Assembly: GCA_965216755.1 (NCBI GenBank)
Contig: CBDCGL010000011.1
Coordinates: 1,280,001 to 1,344,000 of the forward strand
Direction: 5' to 3'
DNA: 64,000 nt
Origin: Alphaproteobacteria bacterium
GTDB taxonomy: Bacteria; Pseudomonadota; Alphaproteobacteria; UBA7887
The notes under the pieces are model-generated. The model was not told the origin of the DNA, did no database searches, and worked only from the letters and a program-made list of their open reading frames with translations. Of this stretch, positions 28,686 through 39,727 are shown in pieces (position 1 is the first letter of the stretch; each line of letters starts with the position of its first letter). The translations under genes were made by a program, and so were the position numbers.

Positions 28686-30853
28686 CAAAGGTAAATGCCG
28701 AGCTGGCCGCTGGAATGGGCTTGAGCGCAGATGAGTTCAAACGCGTCTGCGAGATCCTCGGGCGGATCCCAAACGTCACTGAACTTGGCCTTTTCTCGGC
28801 CATGTGGAGCGAGCATTGTTCATACAAGTCGTCACGGATCTGGTTGAGGACACTGCCGACTGAGGCGCCGTGGGTGATTTGTGGCCCCGGGGAAAACGCG
28901 GGTGTCATCGATATTGGCGATGGTCGGGCCGCCATCTTCAAGATGGAGAGCCACAACCATCCCTCCTACATCGAGCCGTATCAGGGCGCGGCAACGGGCG
29001 TCGGTGGCATCCTGCGCGATGTTTTCACCATGGGCGCGCGCCCCGTCGCCAATCTGAACTGCTTGCGTTTTGGTCGGCCAGATCATCCGCGCAGCCGCCA
29101 TCTGGTTGCGGGCGTCGTGGCCGGTATCGGCGGCTATGGCAATTGCATTGGCGTGCCCACGGTCGGCGGCGAGGTGAGTTTCGATAGCCGCTATGACGGC
29201 AATATTCTGGTCAATGCCATGACCGTGGGCATTGCCGATTCCGACCGAATTTTCTACGCCAAGGCCACGGGGGTCGGCAGCCCGGTGGTTTATGTCGGAT
29301 CGAAGACCGGGCGCGACGGCATTCACGGCGCCACCATGGCTTCGGCGGCTTTTGCGGAGGATTCAGAGGAGAAGCGGCCGACCGTGCAGGTAGGTGACCC
29401 CTTTACCGAAAAGCTGTTGCTGGAAGCTTGCTTGGAGCTGATGGCGACCGACGCGATTATCGGTATTCAGGACATGGGCGCGGCCGGCCTGACGTCATCG
29501 TCCATCGAAATGGCCGCCAAGGGCGAAGGCGGCATTGTTTTGAACTTGGATCGTGTGCCGGTGCGTGAAGACGGCATGAGTCCCTATGAGATAATGCTGT
29601 CTGAAAGCCAAGAGCGCATGCTGATGGTGTTGCGTCCGGGCCAAGAGGAGACGGCGCGGCGGATCTTCGAAAAGTGGGGCTTGGATGTCTCTGTGATCGG
29701 GTCCGTGACCGACACGGGCCGCATGGTCTTGCGCGTTGGCGATGAGGTTGTCGCCGATGCGCCCATCGAGCCCCTGGCAGAGGGCGTACGCTATGAACGC
29801 CCGTGGCAACGCCCGCAGACGCCACGTCCCCTGCCCGATCTACTGGCCGCCGAGCCGTTGGTCGCCCTAGAGGGCATGCTGGCGGGCCCTGATCTCTGCG
29901 GGCGGCGCTGGGTATGGGAACAATATGACCATATGGTCATGGCCGACACAGTCCAGCGCCCTGGTGGCGACGCCGCGGTCGTGCGCGTGCACGGCACGAA
30001 GAAAGGCCTGGCGATAGCCACGGATTGTACGCCACGCTATTGCGAAGCCGATCCCGAATTGGGTGGTGCACAGGCAGTTGCCGAGTGCTGGCGAAACCTC
30101 ACCGCGGTCGGCGCGCGGCCGCTGGCTATCACCGACTGCCTCAATTTCGGCAACCCGGAACGGCCGCACGTGATGGGTCAATTTGTGCTTGCGTTGAGAG
30201 GTATGAAAGAGGCTTGCAAAGCCCTTGATTTCCCCGTCATTTCCGGAAATGTGTCGTTCTATAACGAGACCGAGGGCCGCAATATTCCACCAACACCACA
30301 GATCGGTGGTGTTGGATTGTTGGACGACGTGTCAGGAATGGTCGACTTGGCCGTCCGACAAACTGGCGACAGCCTGATTATGATCGGGCGCGACGGGGCT
30401 CATCTCGGACAATCGCTTTATGCGCGCCACTTGATTTGTGAAGACCTTGGCACCCCGCCTAACCTCAACCTGGACGACGAAAGGCGTTATGGCGATTTTG
30501 TACGAGCGTTGATCGGTGCCGGTCGCGTTTCGGCGTGTCACGATATTTCGGACGGCGGCTTGCTTGTCGCGGCGGCCGAAATGGCCATGGCTGGTGATAT
30601 CGGCCTCGCATTCGACACGGAATTCGATATCGGTCAATTGTTTGGTGAGGATCAGGCCCGGTATCTTGTCGCAGCGGCACCGGACTCCGCGGATGCTATA
30701 ATTCGCGATGCGCTTTGTGCAGGGTTGACGGTGAAGCGGATTGCGACGGCCGGTGGCGACGCGTTGACACTACCTGGCGCCGGTGCCATATCGGTAGCCG
30801 ATTTGCGTGCAGCGCATGAACGCTGGTTCCCGGCTTACATGGCACGTGCCTAA
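28682..30853 (+). CDS. purL: FGAM synthase subunit PurL
   Basis: [17 protein letters not shown] and DCLNFGNPE motifs. Confidence 0.97.
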   Translation: MTKVNAELAAGMGLSADEFKRVCEILGRIPNVTELGLFSAMWSEHCSYKSSRIWLRTLPTEAPWVICGPGENAGVIDIGDGRAAIFKMESHNHPSYIEPYQGAATGVGGILRDVFTMGARPVANLNCLRFGRPDHPRSRHLVAGVVAGIGGYGNCIGVPTVGGEVSFDSRYDGNILVNAMTVGIADSDRIFYAKATGVGSPVVYVGSKTGRDGIHGATMASAAFAEDSEEKRPTVQVGDPFTEKLLLEACLELMATDAIIGIQDMGAAGLTSSSIEMAAKGEGGIVLNLDRVPVREDGMSPYEIMLSESQERMLMVLRPGQEETARRIFEKWGLDVSVIGSVTDTGRMVLRVGDEVVADAPIEPLAEGVRYERPWQRPQTPRPLPDLLAAEPLVALEGMLAGPDLCGRRWVWEQYDHMVMADTVQRPGGDAAVVRVHGTKKGLAIATDCTPRYCEADPELGGAQAVAECWRNLTAVGARPLAITDCLNFGNPERPHVMGQFVLALRGMKEACKALDFPVISGNVSFYNETEGRNIPPTPQIGGVGLLDDVSGMVDLAVRQTGDSLIMIGRDGAHLGQSLYARHLICEDLGTPPNLNLDDERRYGDFVRALIGAGRVSACHDISDGGLLVAAAEMAMAGDIGLAFDTEFDIGQLFGEDQARYLVAAAPDSADAIIRDALCAGLTVKRIATAGGDALTLPGAGAISVADLRAAHERWFPAYMARA

Positions 30854-30872
30854 TTGGCAAGGAGACGACCCC

Positions 30873-31112
30873 ATGGCGATGGACGCGACCGAGATAGAGC
30901 GACTGATCCGTGAGGCTTTGCCAGATGCCGAGGTGCACATAGAGGACCTTCGCGGCGACGGGGACCATTACGCGGCCTATGTCGTGGCGGCCGCGTTTAA
31001 AGGGAAGACACGCGTCCAACAGCACCAGATGGTTTATCAAGCCCTGCAAGGCGCCATGGGCGGCGCGCTTCACGCGCTAGCCTTGCAAACAGCGGTACCC
31101 GAGGACGCCTGA
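30873..31112 (+). CDS. bolA: BolA family protein
   Basis: GDGDHY, F.GK.RVQQHQMVY and LHALALQT motifs. Confidence 0.93.
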   Translation: MAMDATEIERLIREALPDAEVHIEDLRGDGDHYAAYVVAAAFKGKTRVQQHQMVYQALQGAMGGALHALALQTAVPEDA

Positions 31113-31182
31113 ATCTGGTGTATATTGGACCACAATACAACGCAGCCCAAGAAGGCGGCATGAGGATATCGAGGAGTGATCG

Positions 31183-31530
31183 ATGACGACCACGGAAACC
31201 AATCCGGCTTTTGAACGGATTGACAAAGAAGTAAAAGACAATCAAGTGCTGCTGTTCATGAAGGGCACGCCGGTGTTTCCGCAGTGCGGCTTTTCCGCGC
31301 TGGCGGTTCAGGTGCTCAGCCATATGGGCGTCAAATTCAAGAGCATCGACGTGTTGAATGAACCCACGATCCGTCAGGGCATCAAGGACTACAGCAATTG
31401 GCCGACCATCCCCCAGCTCTATGTTGCGGGCGAGTTTGTTGGCGGGTCGGATATCATTCGGGAGATGTTCGAGAACGGCGAACTCAAACAGATGCTCGAC
31501 GACAAGGGTGTCGAAACCACGGTCGAGTAG
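31183..31530 (+). CDS. grxD: Monothiol glutaredoxin Grx4
   Basis: PQCGFS and WPTIPQLY motifs. Confidence 0.96.
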   Translation: MTTTETNPAFERIDKEVKDNQVLLFMKGTPVFPQCGFSALAVQVLSHMGVKFKSIDVLNEPTIRQGIKDYSNWPTIPQLYVAGEFVGGSDIIREMFENGELKQMLDDKGVETTVE

Positions 31531-31561
31531 GCCCGACAATCGCGCATTGAAAGTTAACAGA

Positions 31562-31587
31562 ATGGCTCGGTCTTGACCGAGCCGTTT
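31562..31587 (+). terminator. Intrinsic terminator between convergent grxD and dehI
   Basis: ATGGCTCGGTC-TT-GACCGAGCCGT hairpin followed by TTCT. Confidence 0.65.
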
Positions 31588-31603
31588 CTGTCTCAGCCTA
31601 ACC

Positions 31604-32479
31604 TTATCTCGGGATCAACTGAGCCCGGAAGAATGCGACATTGATGATCAGGCCAGGCAACAGCCACTGAAAGAGTCGGACCATGTTCAAGATCTCAGCC
31701 AGCGACGCATCGCGCGTGGCGGCACTTTGCAATGTCGCGCTACGTAAAGCGCCCGGATTCGGCAGCATCCGCGTTTCCGCAACGAACGCATCATGAAGGT
31801 TCGTGACTAATTCCTCATAACCGGCCGTGCCGATGTGGCAGCGTAGATCCTGCCATGCAAGAGCAAAATAACTCGGCCATCGCGCAAGTGCGCGGTAGTC
31901 GGTGTTCACAAATGGCAAGCCCAAGTGCGATTTGATGTCGTCATAGACCGCCCGGGTCGGCGCATCGACATGATGCGATTCCATAAGCAGAAATGGCACG
32001 GTCACTTTGGGCGCGCGCTGTTTGGCATATGGTGGGGCCATGGTTTCGTGTGACAGCTCGTGACCTTCCAATAGCCAGCGACTGATCGTCGCGATCATCG
32101 CGTATGGAAAATTGCCATACGAAAAAACCTCAATGACATCGCGGATTTCGTCAATTTCGCGAGGCGCATAGCCGTTGCCCGATAGTGCCGGTTCCAAACC
32201 TGTCGGTTGGAGTTGCCAAACCGCGCTCTCGGCCTGCGCGCGGAGCCGCTGACAAGCCGTGACAAACGGTGCGCTGGCGGCGAGCGGCCTGAGTCCCGGC
32301 CACAGTACCTGGTAGAATGCACGATAGTGTGCGTGCGCCATGGCAATGACGCCCATCCAAGGCACCTGCAAGACTCTTTTGGTGTCCTCGTAATCCGCCT
32401 TGAGCGCCCCGTCGGCCAAATACTCCGGCAATGCGTGTATGGTCGGCGTGGGTTCCGGGTACAAGCGAGAAAGCGTCAC
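31604..32479 (-). CDS. dehI: Group I 2-haloacid dehalogenase (DehI family)
   Basis: Two-fold repeated fold; LQVPWMGV, FSYGNFPY and LGLPFVNTDYRALARWPSYF motifs. Confidence 0.85.
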   Translation of the reverse strand: MTLSRLYPEPTPTIHALPEYLADGALKADYEDTKRVLQVPWMGVIAMAHAHYRAFYQVLWPGLRPLAASAPFVTACQRLRAQAESAVWQLQPTGLEPALSGNGYAPREIDEIRDVIEVFSYGNFPYAMIATISRWLLEGHELSHETMAPPYAKQRAPKVTVPFLLMESHHVDAPTRAVYDDIKSHLGLPFVNTDYRALARWPSYFALAWQDLRCHIGTAGYEELVTNLHDAFVAETRMLPNPGALRSATLQSAATRDASLAEILNMVRLFQWLLPGLIINVAFFRAQLIPR

Positions 32480-32486
32480 GGCAAGG

Positions 32487-33118
32487 CTAGACCACATCAG
32501 ATTCGATCGTCTGTAGCGACGGCACTGTCGCCACAAAAGACGGTCGCTCTGATAGACGTTGAAACAGGGCATCCAGATGGGCGTATTCGCGCTGCCCGTC
32601 GTATCCCGGCATACGCACGTTCAAATAGCCCAAGGAGTCCCAACCGCGATATCACCCAATCCAAATTGGTCGCCAACGCAAAAAGTCGAACCTGGTGTCA
32701 GTCGCGCGATTTCTCGAATACCAGCTCGGACTTTTCGCCGCTGACGCTTCTGCCACGGACGACTGCGTTGCGGCTCGCGACGCAGCTCTTCGATCACCAG
32801 CAGGACGACGGCATCACAAACGCCGTCGGCAAGGACTTGTAGCCGAAGCGCGTCCAACCGTAAGTTGGGGTCCCGCGGTAGCAAAGACGGCATGGGAAAC
32901 TTGGTCTCCAAAAACTCCAGAATGAACCGCGAATCGTAAACCGCCGTGCCGTCATCCAATATCAGCACCGGCAACTTCTCGAGCGGATTGTAGCGTGGCG
33001 TTTCGGCGCCGGCATTCCACGGCACTTCGGTGACCAGTTCAAATGACAGGTTCTTTTCGGCCAGGGCGATGCGCACCTTGCGCGCATAAGGGCTCGGTGT
33101 CGCGCTAATCAGCTTCAT
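32487..33118 (-). pseudogene. Glutathione S-transferase with a 1-nt frameshift near 32635
   Basis: SPYARKVRI and NPLEKLPVL motifs; ORF stops at GTPWAI*, but the shifted frame continues LGYLNVRMPGYD...LSERPSFVATVPSLQTIESDVV*. Confidence 0.75.
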
Positions 33119-33292
33119 GTGCATGCAAGATGGATTTCGACCGCGCGACTGTGCCATAGGCAGGCGCCGTTGTCACCTGGCCGATATGCGCTTGATAGAT
33201 TTCGTTGGCTGTTGCCGCTTTTGAAACAATCTACAGTGGGTTATCAGTTGGAATGCGTAAGTACCGGAAATTCACCCTGGAAGGATAGGCAC

Positions 33293-33853
33293 GTGGTCAG
33301 GATTGACCGGATTTACACGCGCGGCGGCGACAAAGGGATGACAACGCTGGGCGACGGCACGAAGGTCTCGAAAGCCGCACTCCGTGTGCAATGCTATGGC
33401 GCCACCGACGAAGCCAACGGCGTCATCGGCTTGGCGCGTTTGCATACCGAAGGTGACGCCGACGCCATGTTGGCGCGCATACAGAATGACCTGTTTGACG
33501 TCGGCGCCGATCTCTGCGTGCCGGCCAAAGACGACTCGCGCGCACGGCTTCGTATCGAGGATAGCCAGGTGGCTCGGTTGGAAAGCGAAATCGATTCCAT
33601 GGCCGCAGCGTTGGCGCCACTGGCGTCGTTCATATTGCCGGGTGGTTCGCAGGCTTCCGCCCATTTACATTTGGCGCGCACGGTTGTTCGGCGTGCGGAG
33701 CAGCTTGTCGTAGCACTGATGGACACAGAAACGATCAATCCGGCAGCGTTGAAATATCTCAATCGATTGTCAGATCATTTATTCACTCTAGCGCGCTTTC
33801 TCAACGATAAGGGCGCGCGCGACGTGCTTTGGGTCCCCGGCGCCAATCGCTAG
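33293..33853 (+). CDS. PduO-type cob(I)alamin adenosyltransferase
   Basis: RIYTRGGDKGMT, FILPGG, RRAE and YLNRLSD motifs. Confidence 0.93.
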   Translation: MVRIDRIYTRGGDKGMTTLGDGTKVSKAALRVQCYGATDEANGVIGLARLHTEGDADAMLARIQNDLFDVGADLCVPAKDDSRARLRIEDSQVARLESEIDSMAAALAPLASFILPGGSQASAHLHLARTVVRRAEQLVVALMDTETINPAALKYLNRLSDHLFTLARFLNDKGARDVLWVPGANR

Positions 33854-33869
33854 GCCTGGCCACCGGCCT

Positions 33870-34904
33870 CTAATTCTGGAATTTGACCAGATGTCTAGCG
33901 ACAAAGGGGGCCAGAAAGATGATCTCGAAAATCCGTGCCAAATGGTGAATGGCAACGAAACCGGGTTCAATATCCAGCGCCAGAGCAATCAAGCACATCT
34001 CGGCGACGCCACCGGGCGCGAATGACAGCAACACCGCTATGTAATCGAGTCCAAGGGGGAATGCGACAACCAGCGACGCGACCGCCGTCACGGCCAATAT
34101 CAAGGCGGTCGCAACGACGGCATGCCCGGACAAATGCAGTAGAACGCCGCGGCCGACATTCGAAAAACGGCTGCCAATCGCGGCGCCGAGCACGAGCAAC
34201 GTCCCGGCCAACAGCCAAGCTGGTAGCGCGCCCTCAACAATGCCGGTTGTGTAAAGCAGGGCACTGGCGAACATCGCGCCAATCATCGGTGCAGCCGGTG
34301 TACGCAACAACCGCGCCGCGGTAGCGCCGATACCGGCAACAATTCCCAGAAGGATCGCATCATCCCACGATATCAATGCGTCCACGCTTGCCCCTGGCGC
34401 CCGATTGGAGTCGCCGCCGAGAAGGGAAACGATCAAAGGGGCGGCAAAGACCAAAAGCATGACGCGCAAGCTTTGAATAAAGGCGATGCGTTGTTCGTTG
34501 CCGCCAGCCGCCGCACCCAGAATGATCATCGGGGTTAGCGCCCCGGGCGCCGAAGCGAATAAGGCGGTCGTGCGGTCGATGCGCGCAATTCTTTGGTAAT
34601 AAGCCGCGGTTAGGAGGGTCAGAATCGGCACGTACAACAAGACCGCAACAACGCTCCATGGCCAAAGGGCGATGCCATGAAGAACCTCCGGTGTGAATGA
34701 CGAACCCAAAAAAACACCGAGGACGCCGAGCATTGCGGCGCGCAAGTTCATGGGCACGGCCACCGGCAGGCCCACCATGCTGGCTGCAAACGTCGCCATG
34801 ATCGGCCCGAGCATCCAAGCCAATGGTATGTCGATCCAATGGGCAATGGCGCCACCGATGCCGCCAAGGGTGAGCGCGGCCGCGAGCTTTTGCAGCATTG
34901 TCAT
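33870..34904 (-). CDS. AbrB family membrane protein
   Basis: Duplicated membrane domain; PLAWMLGP, APGA and APGGVAEM motifs. Confidence 0.88.
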   Translation of the reverse strand: MTMLQKLAAALTLGGIGGAIAHWIDIPLAWMLGPIMATFAASMVGLPVAVPMNLRAAMLGVLGVFLGSSFTPEVLHGIALWPWSVVAVLLYVPILTLLTAAYYQRIARIDRTTALFASAPGALTPMIILGAAAGGNEQRIAFIQSLRVMLLVFAAPLIVSLLGGDSNRAPGASVDALISWDDAILLGIVAGIGATAARLLRTPAAPMIGAMFASALLYTTGIVEGALPAWLLAGTLLVLGAAIGSRFSNVGRGVLLHLSGHAVVATALILAVTAVASLVVAFPLGLDYIAVLLSFAPGGVAEMCLIALALDIEPGFVAIHHLARIFEIIFLAPFVARHLVKFQN

Positions 34905-34955
34905 CCATCGGTGGCTGACGCTGCGTGAAAAGTGGTTGCGAATTGCGTGTGGCCC

Positions 34956-35405
34956 CTAGGCGCTGGCAGCGTCTTGCTTGGAACCTGGCTCGGCCGGACC
35001 CTTAAGTTCGACAACATTGCCGTCCGGATCTTCGATATACAAGGAAACCCCGAACCCTTCCGCGCCATAGCGCCGTCCATCATCACCAACCGTTACACCC
35101 ACGGTCGCGAGGGACGCTCTGAGCGATTCGACATCAAACGCGTCGACACGTATGCAAAAGTGATCAAGGTTGCGCGCACCCTGCCCTGGCGCATCGCCCC
35201 CTGTTCTGCCGATTGGGCCGTGAACATCGACCAAATCGATCAAACTGGCGCCGGCGCGCAACTGCACGAGCCCCAATTCGTCCAGCGTACGTTCGACGCT
35301 ACAGCCGAGCACGTCACAATAGAATCGAATCATGGGCTCTAGCTGCGCGGTCCGCAAAACGACATGGTCCAAGCCATGAATTCGTAAATTTGGTCCCTCC
35401 ATCAC
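34956..35405 (-). CDS. VOC/glyoxalase family protein
   Basis: LDHVVLR, FYCDVLG and DPDGNVVELK motifs. Confidence 0.9.
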   Translation of the reverse strand: MMEGPNLRIHGLDHVVLRTAQLEPMIRFYCDVLGCSVERTLDELGLVQLRAGASLIDLVDVHGPIGRTGGDAPGQGARNLDHFCIRVDAFDVESLRASLATVGVTVGDDGRRYGAEGFGVSLYIEDPDGNVVELKGPAEPGSKQDAASA

Positions 35406-35416
35406 GGGCCACCTTT

Positions 35417-36049
35417 TTATTTGGTGCCGAAAAGCCGATCCCCCGCGTCGCCAATGCCGGGAACAATGTAGCCTTTCTCATTCAGACAATCGTCCATGCC
35501 GGCCGCGAAGACCGGCACGTCGGGATGGGCTTGATGAAACTTTTCGACACCTTCCGGAACCGTTAGCAAGCAAACGAACATAAGTGACCGAGCCCCTGCC
35601 GCCTTTAGCCGACTGACCGCGGCAACAGCGGTATTGCCCGTGGCCAACATTGGATCGACGACAATGATCAAGCGATCGCCCAGACTATGTGGCACCTTGA
35701 AATAATATTCGACCGCCACCAGAGAACTTGGTTCGCGATATAGGCCAACATGCCCGACCCGCGCAGAAGGTAGCAAATCGAGCATGCCCTGTAGAAGACC
35801 GTCGCCAGCGCGCATGATTGAAACCAAGCACAATTTCTTTCCCGCCAGGACCGGCGCGGTCATCGGGGCGATCGGCGTTTCGATCTCGCGCGTCGCGAGA
35901 GGCAAACCGCGCGTAATTTCGTATGCCATGAGCGTCCCAGATTCACGCAGCAACTGGCGGAAATTGGCAGTCGATGTCTCCCGTCGCCGCATCAGTGTCA
36001 GCTTATGCTGGACCAGAGGATGGTCTATGATTGTCAGCGCTGCTGTCAT
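35417..36049 (-). CDS. upp: Uracil phosphoribosyltransferase (URC6-like)
   Basis: [15 protein letters not shown] and [12 protein letters not shown] motifs. Confidence 0.96.
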   Translation of the reverse strand: MTAALTIIDHPLVQHKLTLMRRRETSTANFRQLLRESGTLMAYEITRGLPLATREIETPIAPMTAPVLAGKKLCLVSIMRAGDGLLQGMLDLLPSARVGHVGLYREPSSLVAVEYYFKVPHSLGDRLIIVVDPMLATGNTAVAAVSRLKAAGARSLMFVCLLTVPEGVEKFHQAHPDVPVFAAGMDDCLNEKGYIVPGIGDAGDRLFGTK

Positions 36050-36106
36050 GGTTGCATTCCCCCCAATTCGGCGGTGACGTCCGCGGAACGATTAAATCGC
36101 TTCGAA

Positions 36107-37348
36107 CTAAAAGATGGTCGCGTCACTCGCCACGCGAATGGGTGGTCCGCCACCTGGGCGCTGTTCGGCAGCCAACTGCCGGCCAGCCGCCCAAGTTCCG
36201 CCTTCGAGTATCTTGACCAACGGCAACATCTCCTCATTTAGCCCCAAACGCCCGCGAATATTGACCGCCAATCGATCCAGCAATGCCACCGTTAGCGCCC
36301 GCCATTCTGTAACGATTTCCGAGTCGGCAGCGTGCTCTTCATCAAGTATTTCGGCATACTGCGGCTTGAGGAGTCCACAGTCGATCATCAAGCCGCCGTT
36401 GCGATATTCCGCAAGGCCGGTCAACATATCGAGCGCGGTGACGGTAATTCCGGCTTCAGCGAGCGGTTCGACCAGCGAATAGGTCAGCCACATCGACAGC
36501 TTGTGAAACGGCACCAAGCCGTTGGTCAGATCGTTTGTGCGCACGGCTGGATGGTGGCCAACATCGCCAAGATTGACGCCACCCAATTCGATTCGCCGGG
36601 GCCATATGCCCGAAAAGCCCCGCATAACTGCTGAAAACAGAATCGGCGCCGCCAGGGTGTGGCTGCGTGTGCGCCGCACGATATAGTCGTAGATGTGTCC
36701 GACACGCGGTCTTGACGATCCAAAAATCGCTGTTTCATGTTGCATAGTTTGGCCCAGTTGCCGAAGCAGCGCGACGCGCCCAGCAACACCCACCAGCGGA
36801 TTGTCCGCGCCGACTTGAAACGCGTTTGCAAGAGTTGACTCGTCAATTCCACCCAATGCGACTGCGTCGGCACGCAACGGATGCCGCGTGTCGCTTGACA
36901 AGGCGCCCGATGCGAACAAATCAAGGCTGGCCAGCGCCAGCCCTTCGGAGCGTTGCAGCACCGAGCCCGTTTGTTGGTCTCTATAGCTCCAATGGTCGCC
37001 TGCCCCAGCATCGAGTAGGACACTGATTGTAACAAGATCGATTCGGCTGCGCGCGCGCTCGGCGGGGCTTTCGTCTTGTAGCCGGCCGGCTAGGCCTTGC
37101 CAGCGATCCTCACCGGCCACCATGAAATGGCGCCATCGGCTATGCATCGGGATTTCAAGTGTGGGAAAGCGCCCGCGCGTGACCGCAACGACATATTCGG
37201 CGGCCCGATCGACTTGGTCCAGGTCAACAGTGAAATGGCCCAGCGTACCCGCGATGCCGGCATCAAGAACCAAATTGCAGCGGCGGCGTATTGCAGCCGG
37301 CGACCGAAGCCACAAGATCGCGTCGGCCGGTGTTTGGCTATCCCGCAA
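36107..37348 (-). CDS. URC4/Urg3 family protein
   Basis: PMHSRWRHF, SVLLDAGAG, FHKLSMWLTYSL and GLAEYRNGGL motifs. Confidence 0.9.
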   Translation of the reverse strand: MRDSQTPADAILWLRSPAAIRRRCNLVLDAGIAGTLGHFTVDLDQVDRAAEYVVAVTRGRFPTLEIPMHSRWRHFMVAGEDRWQGLAGRLQDESPAERARSRIDLVTISVLLDAGAGDHWSYRDQQTGSVLQRSEGLALASLDLFASGALSSDTRHPLRADAVALGGIDESTLANAFQVGADNPLVGVAGRVALLRQLGQTMQHETAIFGSSRPRVGHIYDYIVRRTRSHTLAAPILFSAVMRGFSGIWPRRIELGGVNLGDVGHHPAVRTNDLTNGLVPFHKLSMWLTYSLVEPLAEAGITVTALDMLTGLAEYRNGGLMIDCGLLKPQYAEILDEEHAADSEIVTEWRALTVALLDRLAVNIRGRLGLNEEMLPLVKILEGGTWAAGRQLAAEQRPGGGPPIRVASDATIF

Positions 37349-37406
37349 GCGTGCTCCCTGGCGCTAGAAGATCGCCGGATCAGTTGTGGACGCGCATTTC
37401 CGGGGT

Positions 37407-38663
37407 TCAGTCGCCGAGCCGACGACCTTTTGGCGTGGCCAGATCCTGCGCGCTTGGTGTTTCGCCAGAGGAGTAATAGCCCGCAGACATCTTCGCATCA
37501 ATCTCCACGCGCGCGTCCGCGGGGATCAGTTCTTCGGGAATTGGCACACGTTGCTTGATTTCGATCCCCTGCCGAACGATGGCGTCGTGCTTGGTATCGC
37601 TCATGGACACGAACTGATCGATGCGCGTCACACCCAACCAATGCAACACATCAGGCATGAGCTCTTGGAAGCGCACATCTTGAATGCCCGCGACGCATTC
37701 AGTTCGTTCAAAATATGCTTCCGCTCGATCCCCGCCGGCCTGACGCTTACGGGCGTTGTAAACCAAGAATTTGGTAACTTCGCCCAAGGCCCGCCCTTCC
37801 TTGCGATTGTAGACAATCATGCCGACCCCGCCACGTTGCGCGGCGCCAATACACACTTCGATGCCATGGGTCAGGTACGGCCGACAGGTGCAAATATCTG
37901 ACCCGAAAACATCGGACCCGTTGCATTCGTCGTGGACTCGGCAAGCCACATCGCGTGTCGGATCGGCAAGCGCCGCGGGGTCACCAAATATGTAGACGGT
38001 GTGACCACCAATCGGCGGCAGAAACACGTGCCGATCCGGCCTGGTGACCAGATCCGGAAACATGCCTCCGGTGTGTTCAAAAAGGGCGCGCCGCAAATCC
38101 GTTTCAGAGATGCCGCACCGGGCCGCCACGCCGGGAAGATACCAAACCGGCTCAATGGCGGCCTTGGTCACCTTCACGTCACCGTTTGGAGCCAGAATTT
38201 GCCCATCGGTCGCCAGGCGGCCCTTGGCCACCGCCGATTCCATTTCCGGCAAGCGAATGCGCGCTTTCGTGACCGCAATAGTTGGTCGGATGTCCCAACC
38301 ATCGCGCAGTTTGTCGGCGAAGGCATCGCTGACCAAATGACCATAGGGGTCCAAGGACACGATCTTGTCTGGGTCAGCCCATTGAGCGTGCGGACCGATC
38401 TGAACAGCTGGAGCCGTGTCCGACAGATCCGGCACGTGGAGCGGATCCAATGTTTGGGCGGCAATCGCCAAAGCACGGTACAGCGCGTAAGAACCGGAAT
38501 GGGCGCCGATGACATTACGATGGTTGGGGTCGGCCAAAGTGCCGATTATCGGGCCCCGCGCGCTGGCGTTTCGTGCACCCCAGCATATGGCAGGCGCCGC
38601 ATTTCCATTCTGCGGTGGATGCGACGTGAGTACGATGTGATTGGCTCGACCGGTGCCATCCAT
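37407..38663 (-). CDS. URC1-type GTP cyclohydrolase II-like protein
   Basis: N-terminal HSGSYALYRALA domain; RVHDECNGSDVFGSDICTC and KEGRALGEVTKFLVYNAR motifs. Confidence 0.9.
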   Translation of the reverse strand: MDGTGRANHIVLTSHPPQNGNAAPAICWGARNASARGPIIGTLADPNHRNVIGAHSGSYALYRALAIAAQTLDPLHVPDLSDTAPAVQIGPHAQWADPDKIVSLDPYGHLVSDAFADKLRDGWDIRPTIAVTKARIRLPEMESAVAKGRLATDGQILAPNGDVKVTKAAIEPVWYLPGVAARCGISETDLRRALFEHTGGMFPDLVTRPDRHVFLPPIGGHTVYIFGDPAALADPTRDVACRVHDECNGSDVFGSDICTCRPYLTHGIEVCIGAAQRGGVGMIVYNRKEGRALGEVTKFLVYNARKRQAGGDRAEAYFERTECVAGIQDVRFQELMPDVLHWLGVTRIDQFVSMSDTKHDAIVRQGIEIKQRVPIPEELIPADARVEIDAKMSAGYYSSGETPSAQDLATPKGRRLGD

Positions 38664-38839
38664 GGTCTTGGTTCCGTGTCCCCTCAGCGTCGCCTTGGCC
38701 CTATATCGCGTCGCCGCCGCGCGGTGTACCGCGACCGCACGAACGCGCGCCACGAAAACCCTCGCTCACAAGAAATTGGGTCGACCGCGCCTTATGTCGA
38801 GGTATCGCGGCGCTTCAATCCCGGAAAACCCCGCTTTAT

Positions 38840-39727
38840 CTAGTCTCCCTCTCCATAACGTGAATCGAAGTCCCATACCTCTTGAAATCCCATAAGCCGG
38901 CTGAAATCAGAAAATGGATAAAGCGCCGACGTGATTTGCTCGCTGCCGCCGTTTGTCTTCAAAGTGTCATATACAGACGCTATGGCTGCGCCGATGGCCA
39001 GAAAAGCGGTCGCTGGGAATATGGCGACACGATAACCGATTTCGCCCAGTTTTTCCGCATTGAACACCGGCGAGCGACCGCCTTCGACCATGTTGGCCAA
39101 ACAAGGCGTGTCAAAACTACGGCAAATCTTGGCCATTTCATCCTCGGACTCTGGCGACTCGACAAACAGCACGTCTGCACCCGCCGCCGCATAGGCCTCC
39201 GCGCGCCGCAGCGCTTCGTCAAGCCCCAAGGTGGTGCGCGCGTCGGTACGCGCGATGATCAGCAAGTTCGGGTCAGAGCGACTGTCGATGGCGACCTTGA
39301 TTTTGGTCACCATGTCTTCAGTCGGAACCACGCGGCGCCCCAGCGTGTGGCCACATTTTTTCGGAAATTCCTGGTCTTCGAGTTGGACCGCACTGGCACC
39401 CGCGGCTTCGTAAGACTGTATCGTGTGGCGGACATTGAGCGCGCCGCCATAGCCAGTGTCGGCGTCTGCAATCAGGGCCGCAGTTGTCCGCGCGCTCAGA
39501 CAGCGGACTCGATCAACCATGTCGGTCAGGGTCGCATAGCCGGCGTCCGGCAATCCCAGATACGAAGCGGAGACTCCATAGCCCGTCATATACAGAGCTT
39601 CAAATCCGACGCTTTCGGCGATACGGACTGAAATACCATCGAAAACGCCAGGCGCCAAAACCAAGGGGCCAGATCCGATGCGACTCCGTAAAAGAGCGCG
39701 TTTGTCACGCGTGTCAATCGGGGACAT
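38840..39727 (-). CDS. Isocitrate lyase / PEP mutase family (PrpB / 2,3-dimethylmalate lyase-like)
   Basis: DADTGYG, EDQEFPKKCGH and ARTDA motifs. Confidence 0.9.
   Translation of the reverse strand: MSPIDTRDKRALLRSRIGSGPLVLAPGVFDGISVRIAESVGFEALYMTGYGVSASYLGLPDAGYATLTDMVDRVRCLSARTTAALIADADTGYGGALNVRHTIQSYEAAGASAVQLEDQEFPKKCGHTLGRRVVPTEDMVTKIKVAIDSRSDPNLLIIARTDARTTLGLDEALRRAEAYAAAGADVLFVESPESEDEMAKICRSFDTPCLANMVEGGRSPVFNAEKLGEIGYRVAIFPATAFLAIGAAIASVYDTLKTNGGSEQITSALYPFSDFSRLMGFQEVWDFDSRYGEGD

Noticed and set aside
32480-32572. N-terminal extension of DehI in the ORF track
   Set aside because: It overlaps the frameshifted C-terminal coding part of the GST.
33870-34904. AbrB-family protein, often auto-annotated as putative ammonia monooxygenase, which with HAO would suggest nitrification
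   Set aside because: It has no similarity to the copper membrane monooxygenase subunits AmoA/B/C; that annotation is unreliable and the gene is about 25 kb from hao.
37407-38663. ribA (riboflavin synthesis)
   Set aside because: The long URC1-type N-terminal domain and URC4/upp neighbours indicate uracil catabolism; there are no rib genes.
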